DNA of 62,877 nucleotides, counting the filler, from Octopus bimaculoides (taxonomy: Eukaryota), in NCBI RefSeq assembly GCF_001194135.2. It is 8 parts of 7 records of this genome, joined end to end, with 100 filler letters (N's around TTAATTAATTAA, not from the genome) between each part and the next. Parts side by side here need not be neighbours in the genome. Positions count along the whole stretch, not along the records: positions 32,748 to 46,627 come from NC_068984.1; positions 46,728 to 52,876 come from NC_068983.1; 6 more parts are not named here. One strand, written 5' to 3'. The notes under the pieces were generated by a model, which searched no databases, had not been told where the DNA came from, and saw only the letters and a program-made list of their open reading frames with translations. The position numbers were made by a program, and so were the translations under genes. Position 1 is the first letter of the stretch. Each line of letters opens with the position of its first letter. This document shows positions 37,110 to 48,964 of this stretch, in pieces.

Positions 37110-37985
37110 ATCCAGGGAGTGGTGAATAAACTATTGTCGAAATTATGCAAAAATGAAAATATCACTGACATTTTAACAGGTATATTTACCAAAATTACAT
37201 AAAAATATCTTGAAATACTAAAGAGTAAATTTATTCAATCAAATTGCCATTGGCTTCAACCACAGCCTCCAGACAACTTCAGAATCTCCTGCAACTCTTC
37301 TGGACGATTTCCTTGTTTAAGTTGGTAAATGCTGCCATAATCCTTGCCTTCATTTCATCTTTGGTGTTACAAGGAGTTTTGTTGGTCTCTTGCTCAACTG
37401 CACCCCACACATAATAATCAAGGGGGTTGCAGACTGGGGAGTTAGGGAGCCAGATTTAAGGGGTGATGTGGTCACAGAAATTGTCTGACAGCCATGATTG
37501 GGTTCTCCTGCTTGTGTGACATGGTGCAGAGTCCTGTTGCCAGACATAGGGCCTTTCAACAGTCACCCTTTTGACCCAGGGCAGCACTACCTCCTCCAGG
37601 TACTTGATGTAGGCATCTGTATTGAGTCTGAGGCCATGTGGGAAGATGAGTGGAGGCATAACGTCGCCATCACTAGTGATCACTCCAAACACCATGATGT
37701 TGACTGGATGTCTAATTTTCATCATTCTCAGTACATATCCTCAGATTGCACTGTCCTCAGATTGACACCCAAACACTCTGAAATATTCGTATTGGAGTTC
37801 CTGGTGTGAATACCAAGCAGTACAGCATGTTGTTTCCAAATTTTTGGCAGAGGGAATTGTGTCATGGTGCTGTTTTTCTCACAGATGGTGCCCAACTACA
37901 CTGTGTAGTTGACAAAATCAAAAACAAACAATGCACATGCACGAAATTAAAAATATAAAATGGTGACTATTTACCCATTGCATAT
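37110..37985 (-). mobile_element. maT-like (DD37D) Tc1/mariner deletion derivative
   Basis: HPVNIMVFGVITSDG...WQQDSAPCHTSRRTQSWLSDNFCDHITP*IWLPNSPVCNPLDYYVWG; 37 residues counted between the last two catalytic D. Confidence 0.85.
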
Positions 37986-38005
37986 GCTAACAGCCTTCCC
38001 CAATA

Positions 38006-38039
<34 letters not shown>

Positions 38040-38422
38040 TTATATATATATACATATAAACATTTATATACTGAGATGTTTGGTGATATGAGGTTCTAGA
38101 GAAGACCCAACCACATCAGCAAAACTGAGTTCTAGAAGAGTTGTGTCCCACTCACATGTAACAATAAACTTTTCACACACCCTACTCCAAGATGCCGAAC
38201 TACATCTCTTCTAAACAGCATCTTTCTCTTCCTCACATTTCCTCTTCAGGAACTATGATTGTCTTCCAATCCCCTATCCTGCCCTCACTGTCCTCTACCC
38301 AGGTTTATGCCAGTCACTGCAATTCCCACTTCCTACTTGCGCCTTCTTGGCAACACCTGACTGTATATATTACGACCTTCATACCTCTCTTTTTTTTTAC
38401 TCTACCATCGCATCCATGCTCT

Positions 38423-38750
38423 TGTAGTGGCACGTGTGGCCGCCATTGGCCGCTATCTTGGGAAGTGCCATTGCGTATGTGCAAGGGACTTGCCGTCAGC
38501 GGAAGTACCCGAGCACGCATGCGCAATGCAACAAGTGGAGAGAGAGCAATAGCGTTTGATCTCTTCTCTATCTAGCAGCTGTCGTGACAACACGTTCTTC
38601 CAGTGCTCTCTCAACTCGATACCGACATGTGGTCGAAGCTTCCTTGGTATTCTAGTGGCATGCCTGTTCACCCAGGAAAGAAACGGCTCTACACCAACCT
38701 AGAATAAATTATTGATCTGTTGTTACCGTTATCCCTCGTGTTGTTGTATT
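38423..38750 (+). promoter_or_regulatory. GC-richer promoter-like island, possible solo LTR
   Basis: Starts TGTAG; carries CACGTG, GCCGCCATTGG, GCGGAAGT, GCATGCGCA and AATAAA (38703); no clean TSD found. Confidence 0.35.
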
Positions 38751-39134
38751 TCAGGATTTTAATGATTAATATAAGAACTGGGGAGAGATGGCCAAGCCGT
38801 CATATCTCATCCAATTCTTATACTCTGATCCTTGTTACACCATCTCTCTCTTGCTCTCTCTTATACTAATTGCAGTAAATCTAATTGTGTTTTGGACATA
38901 GACATTTTTATATACATTAGTAATGACTTTCTCATTGGTAATGCCTTCCAAGTATATTGCACAAATATAATCCTTTTTCTCCCCAAATAAATAGCACTTT
39001 ATATCCAAGGCTCCAATGAAGTTATAGCATGTTATTCAGAGACTCAACTATGAGTCCACTGCATCTTATAGCAGAAACAGGTGTAAGCTAGTGAAGTTCA
39101 TAACATTACTATTGATTTTTATGTCATCTCTTTT

Positions 39135-39279
39135 TGTGGTGAGAAGCTTGCTTCCCAACCACATTCTTCTAAGTTCAGTCCCACTGTGTGGCATCTTGGG
39201 CAAGTGTCTTCTACAATAGCCTCAGGCCAACCAAAGTTTTGTGAGTGGATTTGGTAGACAAAAACTGAAAGAAGCCCAT

Positions 39280-39312
<33 letters not shown>

Positions 39313-39535
39313 ATGTGTGTGTGTGTGTATCTGTGTTTGTCTCCCACCACTGCTTGACAACAAGTGTTGGTGTCTTTACATTCCTATAACATAGAAGTTT
39401 GGCAAAAGAGATTGATAGAATAAGTACTAGGCGTTGAAAAAAAAATACTGGGATTGGTTCAAGCAGCTGAAAATCCTTCAAGGTGATGCCCCAGCATGGT
39501 TGCAGTCTAATGACTAAAACAAGTAAAAGATATAT
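39135..39535 (+). mobile_element. SINE family C, near full length
   Basis: gtggtgagaagcttgcttcccaaccac...ggcatcttgggcaagtgtcttctac (CORE-like)...(TG)n...aacaagtaaaaga. Confidence 0.9.
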
Positions 39536-39777
39536 GATATGGCTGCATGTATATGTAAGTGTAGTTCTGTGTGTGTGCGCACGCATGTGTGTGTATGTGT
39601 GTGCGCGCGCATGTGTGTGTGTGTTCGTACATGTGCATACGTGTGTGTGGGGGTACGTGTGCATGTGTGTTTATTCCCACATAGCTAATGTAATTTGTCT
39701 TACATATTTAGTATACTATGACCGTTTTCTCTATTTTAATTTCTATTACAATTTATCTCTCATTCTCTCTCTATATA

Positions 39778-39918
39778 TCATCATCATCATCATCATCATC
39801 ATCGTTTAACGTCCGCTTTCCATGCTAGCATGGGTTTGACGATTTGACTGAGGACTGGTGAAACCGGATGGCAACACCAGGCTCCAGTCTGATTTGGCAG
39901 AGTTTCTTCAGCTGGATG
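39778..39918 (-). mobile_element. RTE-type 3' end
   Basis: (CAT)n gtttaacgtccgctttccatgctagcatgggtt, reverse complement of the 36585 element end. Confidence 0.85.
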
Positions 39919-40003
39919 GTGTGTATATATACAGACATATACATATGTATGTGTATGTATATAAATGTATATTTACATAAATATATGTTTATACACGTGT
40001 GCG

Positions 40004-40039
<36 letters not shown>

Positions 40040-40561
40040 TACATACATATCTTGATGAGCTGAAATAACAAAGAAATATCAATATCTGTTGTTTTCATTC
40101 ATCTTTGGGGTGATTTGTTTCACCTGGCTTTGAAATATACTGTGTTTTTTAACACCTAACATCTTTAAAGGGACTTTCATTTTTACTATTTACTAATAAT
40201 ACTGCATGAGACTTTCAAAGAAGAATATTAGCTGGTTTCCAAATGCATTCATAAAAACAGGTTACTGACTGGAGGACTGCAAGATACTTCAGTCAAACTG
40301 CTCAGATTCCAGTAATTATCACAATGTATTTGAAAATATACTACTAAGAAATCACACACACACAAACCTTTCCAATACATTGAATCTTGTTGAATGTAAT
40401 CATATTTACATGTGACTACATCAAAAATCAAAGGCATTCATGTATTGATGTTGTGAAAGATCTACAATGATCAATATTTATTCATTCCCTGCCTGAATAT
40501 TGATGAACAAAGTCAATTTCTGATCTTACACAATTGAAAGTATGTATAAAGAAGAATAATT

Positions 40562-40700
40562 ATCATCATCATCATCATTTAATGCTTGTTTTCCATACAG
40601 GCATGAGTTGGTTGGTTTAACAGGAGCTAGCAAGCTGGAGAGCTGCATCAGGTTCCAATTGTCTGTTTTGGCATGGTTTCTATGGCTGGATGCCCTAATG
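40562..40700 (-). mobile_element. RTE-type 3' end, older subfamily
   Basis: (CAT)n ttaatgcttgttttccatacaggcatg...ggctggatgccct. Confidence 0.7.
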
Positions 40701-40829
40701 AATCCATGACTGTTCTTGAAGTATTTTGCAACAGTTAAATCCAAGGAAAAAAAATTAATATTAATATTTCTGCTAAGCTTAATACTAATATTGCTGGGGT
40801 TACTATTTATGCTGAGATTAATGCTAATA

Positions 40830-40915
40830 TTGCTGAGATCAACTTTTCCTTTCATCTTTCCACTGTCAATAAAATAAGTATAAGTCATGTAGTGGAGCTG
40901 ATATAATCCACTGTT
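40830..40915 (+). mobile_element. SINE family A central fragment, degenerate
   Basis: gctgagatcaacttttcctttcatctttcc...aataaaataagta. Confidence 0.45.
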
Positions 40916-41107
40916 GCAGCTTTTAAGTTTGTTGCTTTATGCCTTTATAAGAAATCAAAATTAAAACAAAGCACGGACAAATATGAGACTTGGCATCAAC
41001 ATAGTATGACTGTTATTCTGCCTGCTATTATAAATTAACGACAATCTACAAAGACTGTTACCAGGTAGACAGTGTGTGTGTGTATGTGTGTGTGTGTGTG
41101 TGTGTGG

Positions 41108-41338
41108 TCATCATTTAACATCTGTTTTCCATGCTGGCATAGGTTGGACAGTTTGGCATGGAGCTAGCCAGCTGAGGAGCTATCCAAGCCCCATTTGTCT
41201 TGTTTTGGCATGGTTTCTATGGTTGGATACCCTAACACCAACTACTTTACAAAGTGTACTGGGTGCTCTCTATGTGCCACCAGCATGGGTGCATTTATGC
41301 AGCATCAGCACAAGTGCATTTTATATGGCTCTGGCACC
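41108..41338 (-). mobile_element. RTE-type 3' end, older subfamily
   Basis: tcatcatttaacatctgttttccatgctggcataggttggac...ttggcatggtttcta. Confidence 0.7.
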
Positions 41339-41796
41339 TGTAACAGACAAGCCATTCTTAAACATTATCCCTGTCCACCAAGATTAAAATATTTCAAAAA
41401 ATATTAAATTATTTTTTACCATTAACGTCTCAATGAGTTCTTCATCTCGTTTTCCTTTCTCTAACAGGACTTGGATCTGCTGCTTATTTACTTTCGTTTC
41501 ATTAGATAAAATCTGATTTCTGAAAAAAAGGATACAATATGAAATTTACATTTAAATCAGAAGTAGGTTAAGATCATAATATGTAATATGGCAATTCTTA
41601 TTGAAATTTACCATTCAAGTTACAGTCTTACAATTAGTACTTGTGGTTAGTAGGGTTAGTGTAAGCAAATCTGTTTAAAATCTACTTGAGACTGCCCAAA
41701 GGGATTCCTAATAGAGGGAGAGGATGATAATCTCAGTCAGTGGCAGACCAACAGATAATGTAATGATAATAATAATAATAGTAATAATAATAATAA

Positions 41797-42500
41797 GTCA
41801 AATGGCCTGAGATTTGGAAAGCAGAGCTTTGTAGTATAACTTTTCTAATTCAGGCAGTTCGTGATGTTCTACATGGTTCAACTTGTTCTGCAGGGGAAGG
41901 TGAGGTGCAGTCACCAGCTTATCTTCTATGCCTAAGGGGCTGGACCCTGAAGCACATTCTCAGCAGCTGTCCAAAAGTCCTGAGTGAGGGACAATATGAC
42001 AAGATTCTGAAGGCCATAGGAGACATCATCTGCCATTGTAAACAACTCTGCCCAGCAAAGATTATAATGTAAGGTTAGTGTAAAGCTGACATCAACTACC
42101 AGGAAAATCTCTTCTGGCCTAAACAATAGCACAAAACTAGGAACTGAAAGTGAACCTGAGAAATTATGGAAATACTAAGAAATTGTCACTTCAAAATCCC
42201 TAAGGTCAAACAGGTACTAATTTCGAAAGTCTTCAAGTAGATGAATTCATGAGAACTCTGCATTCCCTGAGAGGACTGTGTTGAGGAAACAAACAAGAGG
42301 TAAAGAGTAAAATATGCTGAGCTGGTTGAATTAAGTCAAAACAATAGGTAGTAAGATGCAAAGAGTTTCTAGAATAGTCCCTCTGCAAATCCAACAGCAT
42401 CTAGTCATTGCAAAGGTCAGTAGCAGAATGCTATTAAACAACTGAGGCTACAGAGGTTGCTTTTAGGTGGCTATGGATCAGGAGATGTGATCCATGGAAG
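41797..42500 (+). mobile_element. HERO-type (R2-like RLE) LINE 3' fragment, degenerate
   Basis: WPEIWKAE...FLIQAVRDVL...TLKHILSSCPKVLSEGQY...ELCIP*ED...KYAELVE...AFRWLWIRR. Confidence 0.8.
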
Positions 42501-42531
42501 GGGTAGTGCTACCATCAGTAGTAAAAATTAA

Positions 42532-43009
42532 GGATCTTTTTTAAAACGGGGGCCACATTTTTCATTAACGAAACACTTTGAAATTTGGAACACTGGTAGA
42601 ATGTGTCATATAAAACATCTTTTTCTCTTAGTCTTCTTAAAAAAAAAAGAAATCCATAAATTATTCCATGTTAAAGTTGTCGTATTTCTGTAATTTCAAC
42701 CAATCACTGACGTCCATTCAGCCNNNNNNNNNNGAAAAAAGCAAATAAAACGAAGGTATGGAGATTAAATACGCTTTACATCGCTTAATGAGCCAAAGGA
42801 GTAAATGTAAACAACTGAATACTTGTCAGTGATTGGTTGAAATTATCGAAATAAGACAATTTTTTACATGAAATAAATTCGAATACAAAAATATTTTTCT
42901 GTTCTATAACACAAAATAGATAAGTATACGAAGTTTGAAAGTCTTTCGGTACCAAAAACACTACGTAAAACATTAATGAAAAATGTGGCCCCCGTTTTAA
43001 AAAAGATCC
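42532..43009. mobile_element. non-autonomous DNA transposon (MITE) with 8-bp TSD; MuDR- or hAT-like
   Basis: About 37-bp TIRs ggatcttttttaaaacgggggccacatttttcattaa and its reverse complement; TSD aaaattaa at 42524-42531 and 43010-43017; internal inverted ttcaaccaatcactgac. Confidence 0.9.
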
Positions 43010-43666
43010 AAAATTAATATGAACCCCAATTCTTTATATTCCACATCATTTACTTTTTCTGCCAATGTCTGGTCTCTGTTATGTTGTTTTCATTGAATGA
43101 GTTATTTTATTTTGTCAGTTCAATAAATTAGTTCAGTTCATACATGTTCTTCAACATTTCATATAACCAAATCAGTTAAAGTAAAATTTTAAAAGAAGAT
43201 ATACATGAAAAAGTAGAGGATTTATCAAATTTATTATCATTACCTGGCTTTTAAACAATCACATTTTGTTTTTAAATTAGCATAGTTTTCATGGGCATTT
43301 TTTAACTCTGTTTCCATTTTCTGAAAATTAAAAGTATCTTAGTTATTGGTTACATTGTGGAATAAACATGGAGAAAAAAAAACATTTTTTTATTCTAGGC
43401 AAACAATTAATGCTCATTTGTGGAGGGAGGGAGGGTGTGTACAGGTCATTAAATAAACTCCAGTATATTAAAGTTACTTATTCTAACAACCATTGGGAAA
43501 TGAAAAACAAAGCAAATTTTTATTGGATTTGAAATGTCAGAAACAAAGCAAGCCAAACTATGTATAGCATTTAGCCCAACATTCTTCTTTTTCTGCAAAC
43601 ATCTGCTGTTATAAAGATGATTTTGTGGAGAATTTCAAATAAATTATATAAATGAAACATTAATTA

Positions 43667-44816
43667 CACTGTACAACAAAAATGAACATTATTTCGACTA
43701 CAGAGATGAGAATAACGTTTTCTAGGGTAGTTTTATGTGTAGTTCTAGGGTAGTTTTATGTGTAGTTCTAGGGTAGTTTTATCACGAAAATGGCAACCAT
43801 TTCTCACAGGATGACTCTAGTTCATGGTAATTCAGCTTTTTAATATTAGAGTATTTTTTTAATTTTAATTTTCAGAGGAAAAAACTATAAAATACCTATA
43901 AATATTTAATTAGATCTTTAATTAAAATAAAAATTGCATTAAAATGTCAAAAGGGCAGTGTAAAAGTCACCCAAAAGATTTTCTTATATCTGTGGTGCTG
44001 TGACATTCCAGAAGAATGCAAGAAACATTATGCTATTGGTAAAAAATACCGTATTACTTTTAAATTGGTGTCAAGATAGGAGACCAAGATAAAAGTTGGG
44101 CACCACATATCTGTTGCACAACATGTACCAATAGTCTTTCAAAATGGTCTTTGGGAAAGTCAAGAATTATGCAGTTTGGCATTCCAATGATTTAGCATGA
44201 ATCACAAGATCACCATTCTGATTGCTATTTTTATCTTGTAGATGTTAAAGGTGTGTTTTCATTTGCATTAAACCTAGCATATATTTATCTAAATATATTT
44301 ATTTCTATTCGATACATTAAATATAGGAAATGCTATTATATAATTTATTTTCTTAACAAGTATAACAATGAAGAGTGTGTCGTCAGTGCATGTATCTGAA
44401 TCTGAAATCTGCCATTTGGCCTGTACCTCATTTGGCCAGCGTTCTAATATCTGCAGTACCTGCAAAAATGGTTTTATCCAATACTAGTGAATCAGAAGAG
44501 AATTGTGAACAAGGTGAGTTGTACGTGCCTGCATCAGAACAGTCCAGACTGAAACTCCTAACACAGGATGAGTTAAACGATCTTGTTCAGGATTTGAGAT
44601 TAACAAAAATGCAGAGCAAGTTACTGGCTTCTGGGTTAAAGGAAAGAAACTTGGTAACTTAAGACATCAGCATTACAAAATTTCAAAACCGTATAGATAG
44701 TTTAATAGAAAAATTTGAAATGAATGGCAGCTTGTGTTATTGTAACGACATACCGGGATTCTTTAAAGAGCTTGGCTTAAATTACGATCCTAGTGAGTGG
44801 AGGCTATTCATAGACA
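43667..44816 (+). mobile_element. Chapaev3-like (CMC) DNA transposon, 5' half
   Basis: TTA|CACTG terminus; MSKGQCK...YICG...GDQDKSWAPHICC...FGIPM...DCYF...SAIWPVPH...LKERNL...YDPSEWRLFID; probable intron at about 44250-44365. Superfamily name is from memory. Confidence 0.75.
43720..43782 (+). repeat. 23-bp subterminal tandem repeat, about 2.7 copies
   Basis: Unit ttctagggtagttttatgtgtag. Confidence 0.9.
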
Positions 44817-45003
44817 TGTAGGCACAGTCAACTCCCTTGACAGTGGCTGTTTAAATAATCATGCACTAGATGGCACAAGAGTGGTTAGGTGCTGACACTT
44901 CCAAGAGTGGTTAGGTGTCTTGGGACTTCCTCTTTTTGTGGCAAGACACCAGACTGTGAAAACATAACCTAGTTGGCTCTCATACAACACACACCAGCTA
45001 ACA
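44817..45003. mobile_element. candidate short solo LTR (187 bp)
   Basis: TG...CA ends flanked by gaca on both sides (44813-44816, 45004-45007); internal repeat caagagtggttaggtg twice. Confidence 0.55.
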
Positions 45004-45884
45004 GACATGAGATAGAACATGGAAGGTGAACATGTACTCCATTCATCAAACTCTTTCCTTTAGTGTTCAACTGTATATGTTTGAGACCTCTAGTAAAGGT
45101 ATTTAAAGTTACAGCCTCATTCTATGAATTCATTGTACCGTGTTCCTTTATTAAATTATATTACAGCCTTCTGAACTGAGTCATCATTAGATGGCTCCAC
45201 AACCTGACAATACCACCATCTAAAATGGTGACCTGATGTGGAACACTGACCCGACTTAGAAACACATTCCTAAAAGATCTACAGCCTTCGTTTCAACAGC
45301 CATTGAATTTGTATGCTTCGCGATGTTCGAATTCAGGATTACCTCTACATTCTCATCCATCACAAGTGAAAAGCTAAGAAAAATTTTTCTATGTTAAAGT
45401 TTTTCATTTTGTCAATGTCTTCCAGAGCCTATAACTAAAGACTTCTTTGTAGCTGAGACCTTTGTGGTTTTGTACACAAAAAACTTCACAGTTATTTCAT
45501 CCTAACAACTTCTTGGCAGTTTTTTTCATGTTTCACGAGACGTCAGTTCATTCTTACACAGCGTCCTCTACTTGCTGAAAATAGCAGTAAAATGCACATT
45601 TACATTTCAGATACTACTGAAGTATCTCTTGTCGCCATATTGTCTTCACTACCAAAAAACAATTTGCGCCATTTTCATGTGAGAATCGCACATCATATTT
45701 TTTTTCGTGTTGTAACTGAATTTACAACTTGGACCTTTGAAGACACAGCCTCCCAAGGGAATTTTCTTCTTGCATGTAAACAGAAGAAAATTTTATCCGG
45801 AATTTTCTCTGGAATTCACATGGACAACAAATTTTCCTACATGCTAGGTATGAATTTCTCTCTCTCAATTCATATTATTGTTGA

Positions 45885-46325
45885 TGTGGGCACTCCAACT
45901 GAGATTGTTATCAGCAATTACTCCTAGGTCTCTGATATTATTAGATGCTGTGAGAAGTTACCCTAAAGGAAGAGAGCATGGTTGTTTAAGCATAGTCTTT
46001 TTTCCAAAATGCATCAGCTCAAATTATCCCTCGTTTAGTTACATTTTGTTTTTGTCTGCCCATTGACTCACGGCATATAGATCAGACTGGATTTGAGTTC
46101 AGTCTTCTTCTTCATTGATGATTTTCTGGAGCTTAGTATCATCAGCAAATATTTTCACTTTGCTGTGTTTTATGACGTTGGGAAGGTCGGTTATACAAAT
46201 TATAGAGAAGTGGGCCCAAAACAGACCCCTGAGGGACACCACTGGTGACTTTTGCTGGGCTTGACTCCATCGACCACAACATATGTTCTGTTCACCAGGG
46301 AATATTCAATCCAGTGTAGAAGTTT
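45885..46325 (-). mobile_element. CR1-type RT fragment
   Basis: LLHWIEY...VTSGVPQGSVLGPLL...KIFADDTKL...IRDLGVIADNNLSWSAHIN with frameshifts. Confidence 0.85.
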
Positions 46326-46329
46326 TCTG

Positions 46330-46627
46330 TGGTGTATGCGTGCGAATAGATGTAATCGCCTTACCTCGGTTTTCCTTTCGTCGACTGCGAGTCTGTCTTG
46401 CGGTATCTGATCCTTGAAGCTTGCCCCGACCCAAAGAACACCAGGAATAGCAGCTGCTTCTCCTAAACCTAGACCGCCACTTAACACATCTTGTCCTGAC
46501 CACAACCCCGTTCGAAAAAGGGCACGAATCCAGATTGAGGCTCCCTCTGCCCTTTTTCCTCTTCTGGTCAGCCTCCCCAGACACTGACGTCATACCACAC
46601 GCCACCCTGATCTTAAAGATCACGTTC
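46330..46627 (-). mobile_element. GC-rich retroelement-like fragment (possibly Tx1 5'/ORF1 region)
   Basis: GC-rich, open frames, abuts a gap; no diagnostic motif. Confidence 0.25.
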
Positions 46628-47438
46628 NNNNNNNNNNNNNNNNNNNNNNNNNNNNNNNNNNNNNNNNNNNNTTAATTAATTAANNNNNNNNNNNNNNNNN
46701 NNNNNNNNNNNNNNNNNNNNNNNNNNNATAAGTATATATTTACAAATACATACATGCATATCTATCTACTTATATGTATGTATGTCTGTATTCATGTATG
46801 TCTGTATGGCTGTTGTACAATAATGCATTTTCTACTTCTTTACTTGTTTATCTCCCTTGTATTTTCTGTACATTTTTCTCTCTTCCTTCATCTCTCTACT
46901 CACCACCCCTTCTTCACATACTTTCCTTCTCTCTTGCTTCACTTCTTATTTTCTTCTCTTCTTTTCTTTCCTACTACCTCATACATTACCTTATACACAA
47001 AGATAGATGTGTGTGTGTGGTGTGTGTATCAATGCGTATGTATGTTATCTTATTTCAATATTTCTATTATTCATATGCGATTCCTGTATAAGCTTCTGAC
47101 TTTAGCAATATTTATGCCATTTAAAAAATATGTGTACGAATGTGTTGACATACAAACGTGTACATATATACGTTCGTGCACATAGTAGTACTTTGGTCGG
47201 TGTATATGTATGGATGCCTATTCATGCGTTCCATTCTTCGAAATCAGTGCCAATGTTTGTTTGTTTTCCTTTCCAAATATATTTTATATTTTACCAATAG
47301 ATATTCAAGTGTTTTTTTTTTTTAACAAGTTAATGTTCGAATCCCTTTCTGTGTACATAATCATTCATAGATGTATATGTATATATACATATTCATATTC
47401 ATACATATACATATTTACATACATGTATATAATATGTG

Positions 47439-47474
<36 letters not shown>

Positions 47475-48236
47475 TAGACATAGNNNNNNNNNNNNNNNNN
47501 NATATATATATATACTATATTATTTATTTAATTGAACGCGACGCATTCATTTCCAAGTAAATATATATATATATGTGTGTGCGTGTGTGTGTCTGTGTGT
47601 GTGTGTGTGTGCGTGTGTGTGTGTATGTGTTTGCGTATGCATGCATGCTTGTTTGTATGTATAGAGACAGACAGACAGACAGACAGACAGATAATATTTT
47701 CCAATACTTTTCAAACCAACGTTATTTTTGTAAATTCAGGTGTTCGTTCTCATATGTGCATATGTATGTATGTATGTATGGGAGAATATGTATGTATGGG
47801 AGAATATGTATGTATGTATGTATGTATGTTTGTACGTATGTATAAACGCATAAATAATGAGCTTTATACATATATTTGTGCATTATAGACTTTCAGCTGT
47901 TTCAGATATCCTTTTCGGCACGTTCATGATTCAATATCATCGAACGATCCTTTGATCGATTGAAAATATAGCGAGTGAACAGCCGTTGTAATAGTATCGT
48001 CGTCAGGTCTCAACACATCAATTCACATATCGGAAACAGTTGTAAGGCGCAATTAAATGTTTAAACCCCATTACACCGGGTTACAAATTTTCACAGAAGT
48101 TTTAGTTGTCTTATTGTTATGAGTGATTTTAATGCAGAATGTTTTGCTGATACCAAAAATGGACTTTTTTTTTTCTCTACCATCGACTGTTTACGAGATA
48201 TATTGAACTATGCTAGTATACATATATTATCATCTA

Positions 48237-48465
48237 GGCGGCGAGCTGGCAGAAATGTTAGCACGCCGGGCAAATGCTTAACGGTATTTCGTCTGCCGCT
48301 ACGTTCTGAGTTCAAATTCCGCCGAGGTCGACTTTGCCTTTCATCCTTTCGGGGTCGATTAAATAAGTACCAGTTACGCACTGGGGTAGGTATTATCGAC
48401 TTAATCCGTTTGTCTGTCCTTGTTTGTCCCCTCTGTGTGTAGCCCCTTGTGGGTAGTAAAGAAAT
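48237..48465 (+). mobile_element. SINE family A, well preserved
   Basis: ggcggcgagctggcagaaatgttagcacgccgggc...gagttcaaattccgccgaggtcgactttgcctttcatcctttcggggtcg. Confidence 0.92.
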
Positions 48466-48964
48466 AACATATATATCATCATACATACTTCATACGACAT
48501 ATATCATCATCATACATCATACATTTGACAACTGCGGGTGTAAGCAAAAGCTTTAACATCATTTGATCCCAGGTTGTTGTGTGACGCAACTCTTGCTGTA
48601 AAGCATCTTTCTACTCTCCTAATAAATTATTCCTAAAGTTTATATTTTACCTCCGTTATTCCACTATTCGTATAAAAGTATCGAACTGTTTAACTGAAAG
48701 GGTAGTGTCGTCACCACCTTCTGCTACACTCAACAGACTTAACAGAGACGCTTCAGTGCTCTCGGGACTACCATAGCTAGTGAAAGGAAGTGTTGCGCTT
48801 TTGTCTCTCTTCCCTCCATTTTTTGTGCAGCGTTCCATTCGGCTTTGAGGCTATCCCTATTCGACCATTGTTTGATCACGAGCCCTGTACAGTTGTCACT
48901 TACATTTCTTTCTTTTTCAGGGTTTTTTTATTGTTAGCCTTGAATTTTCCTTTGACATAAGTGA

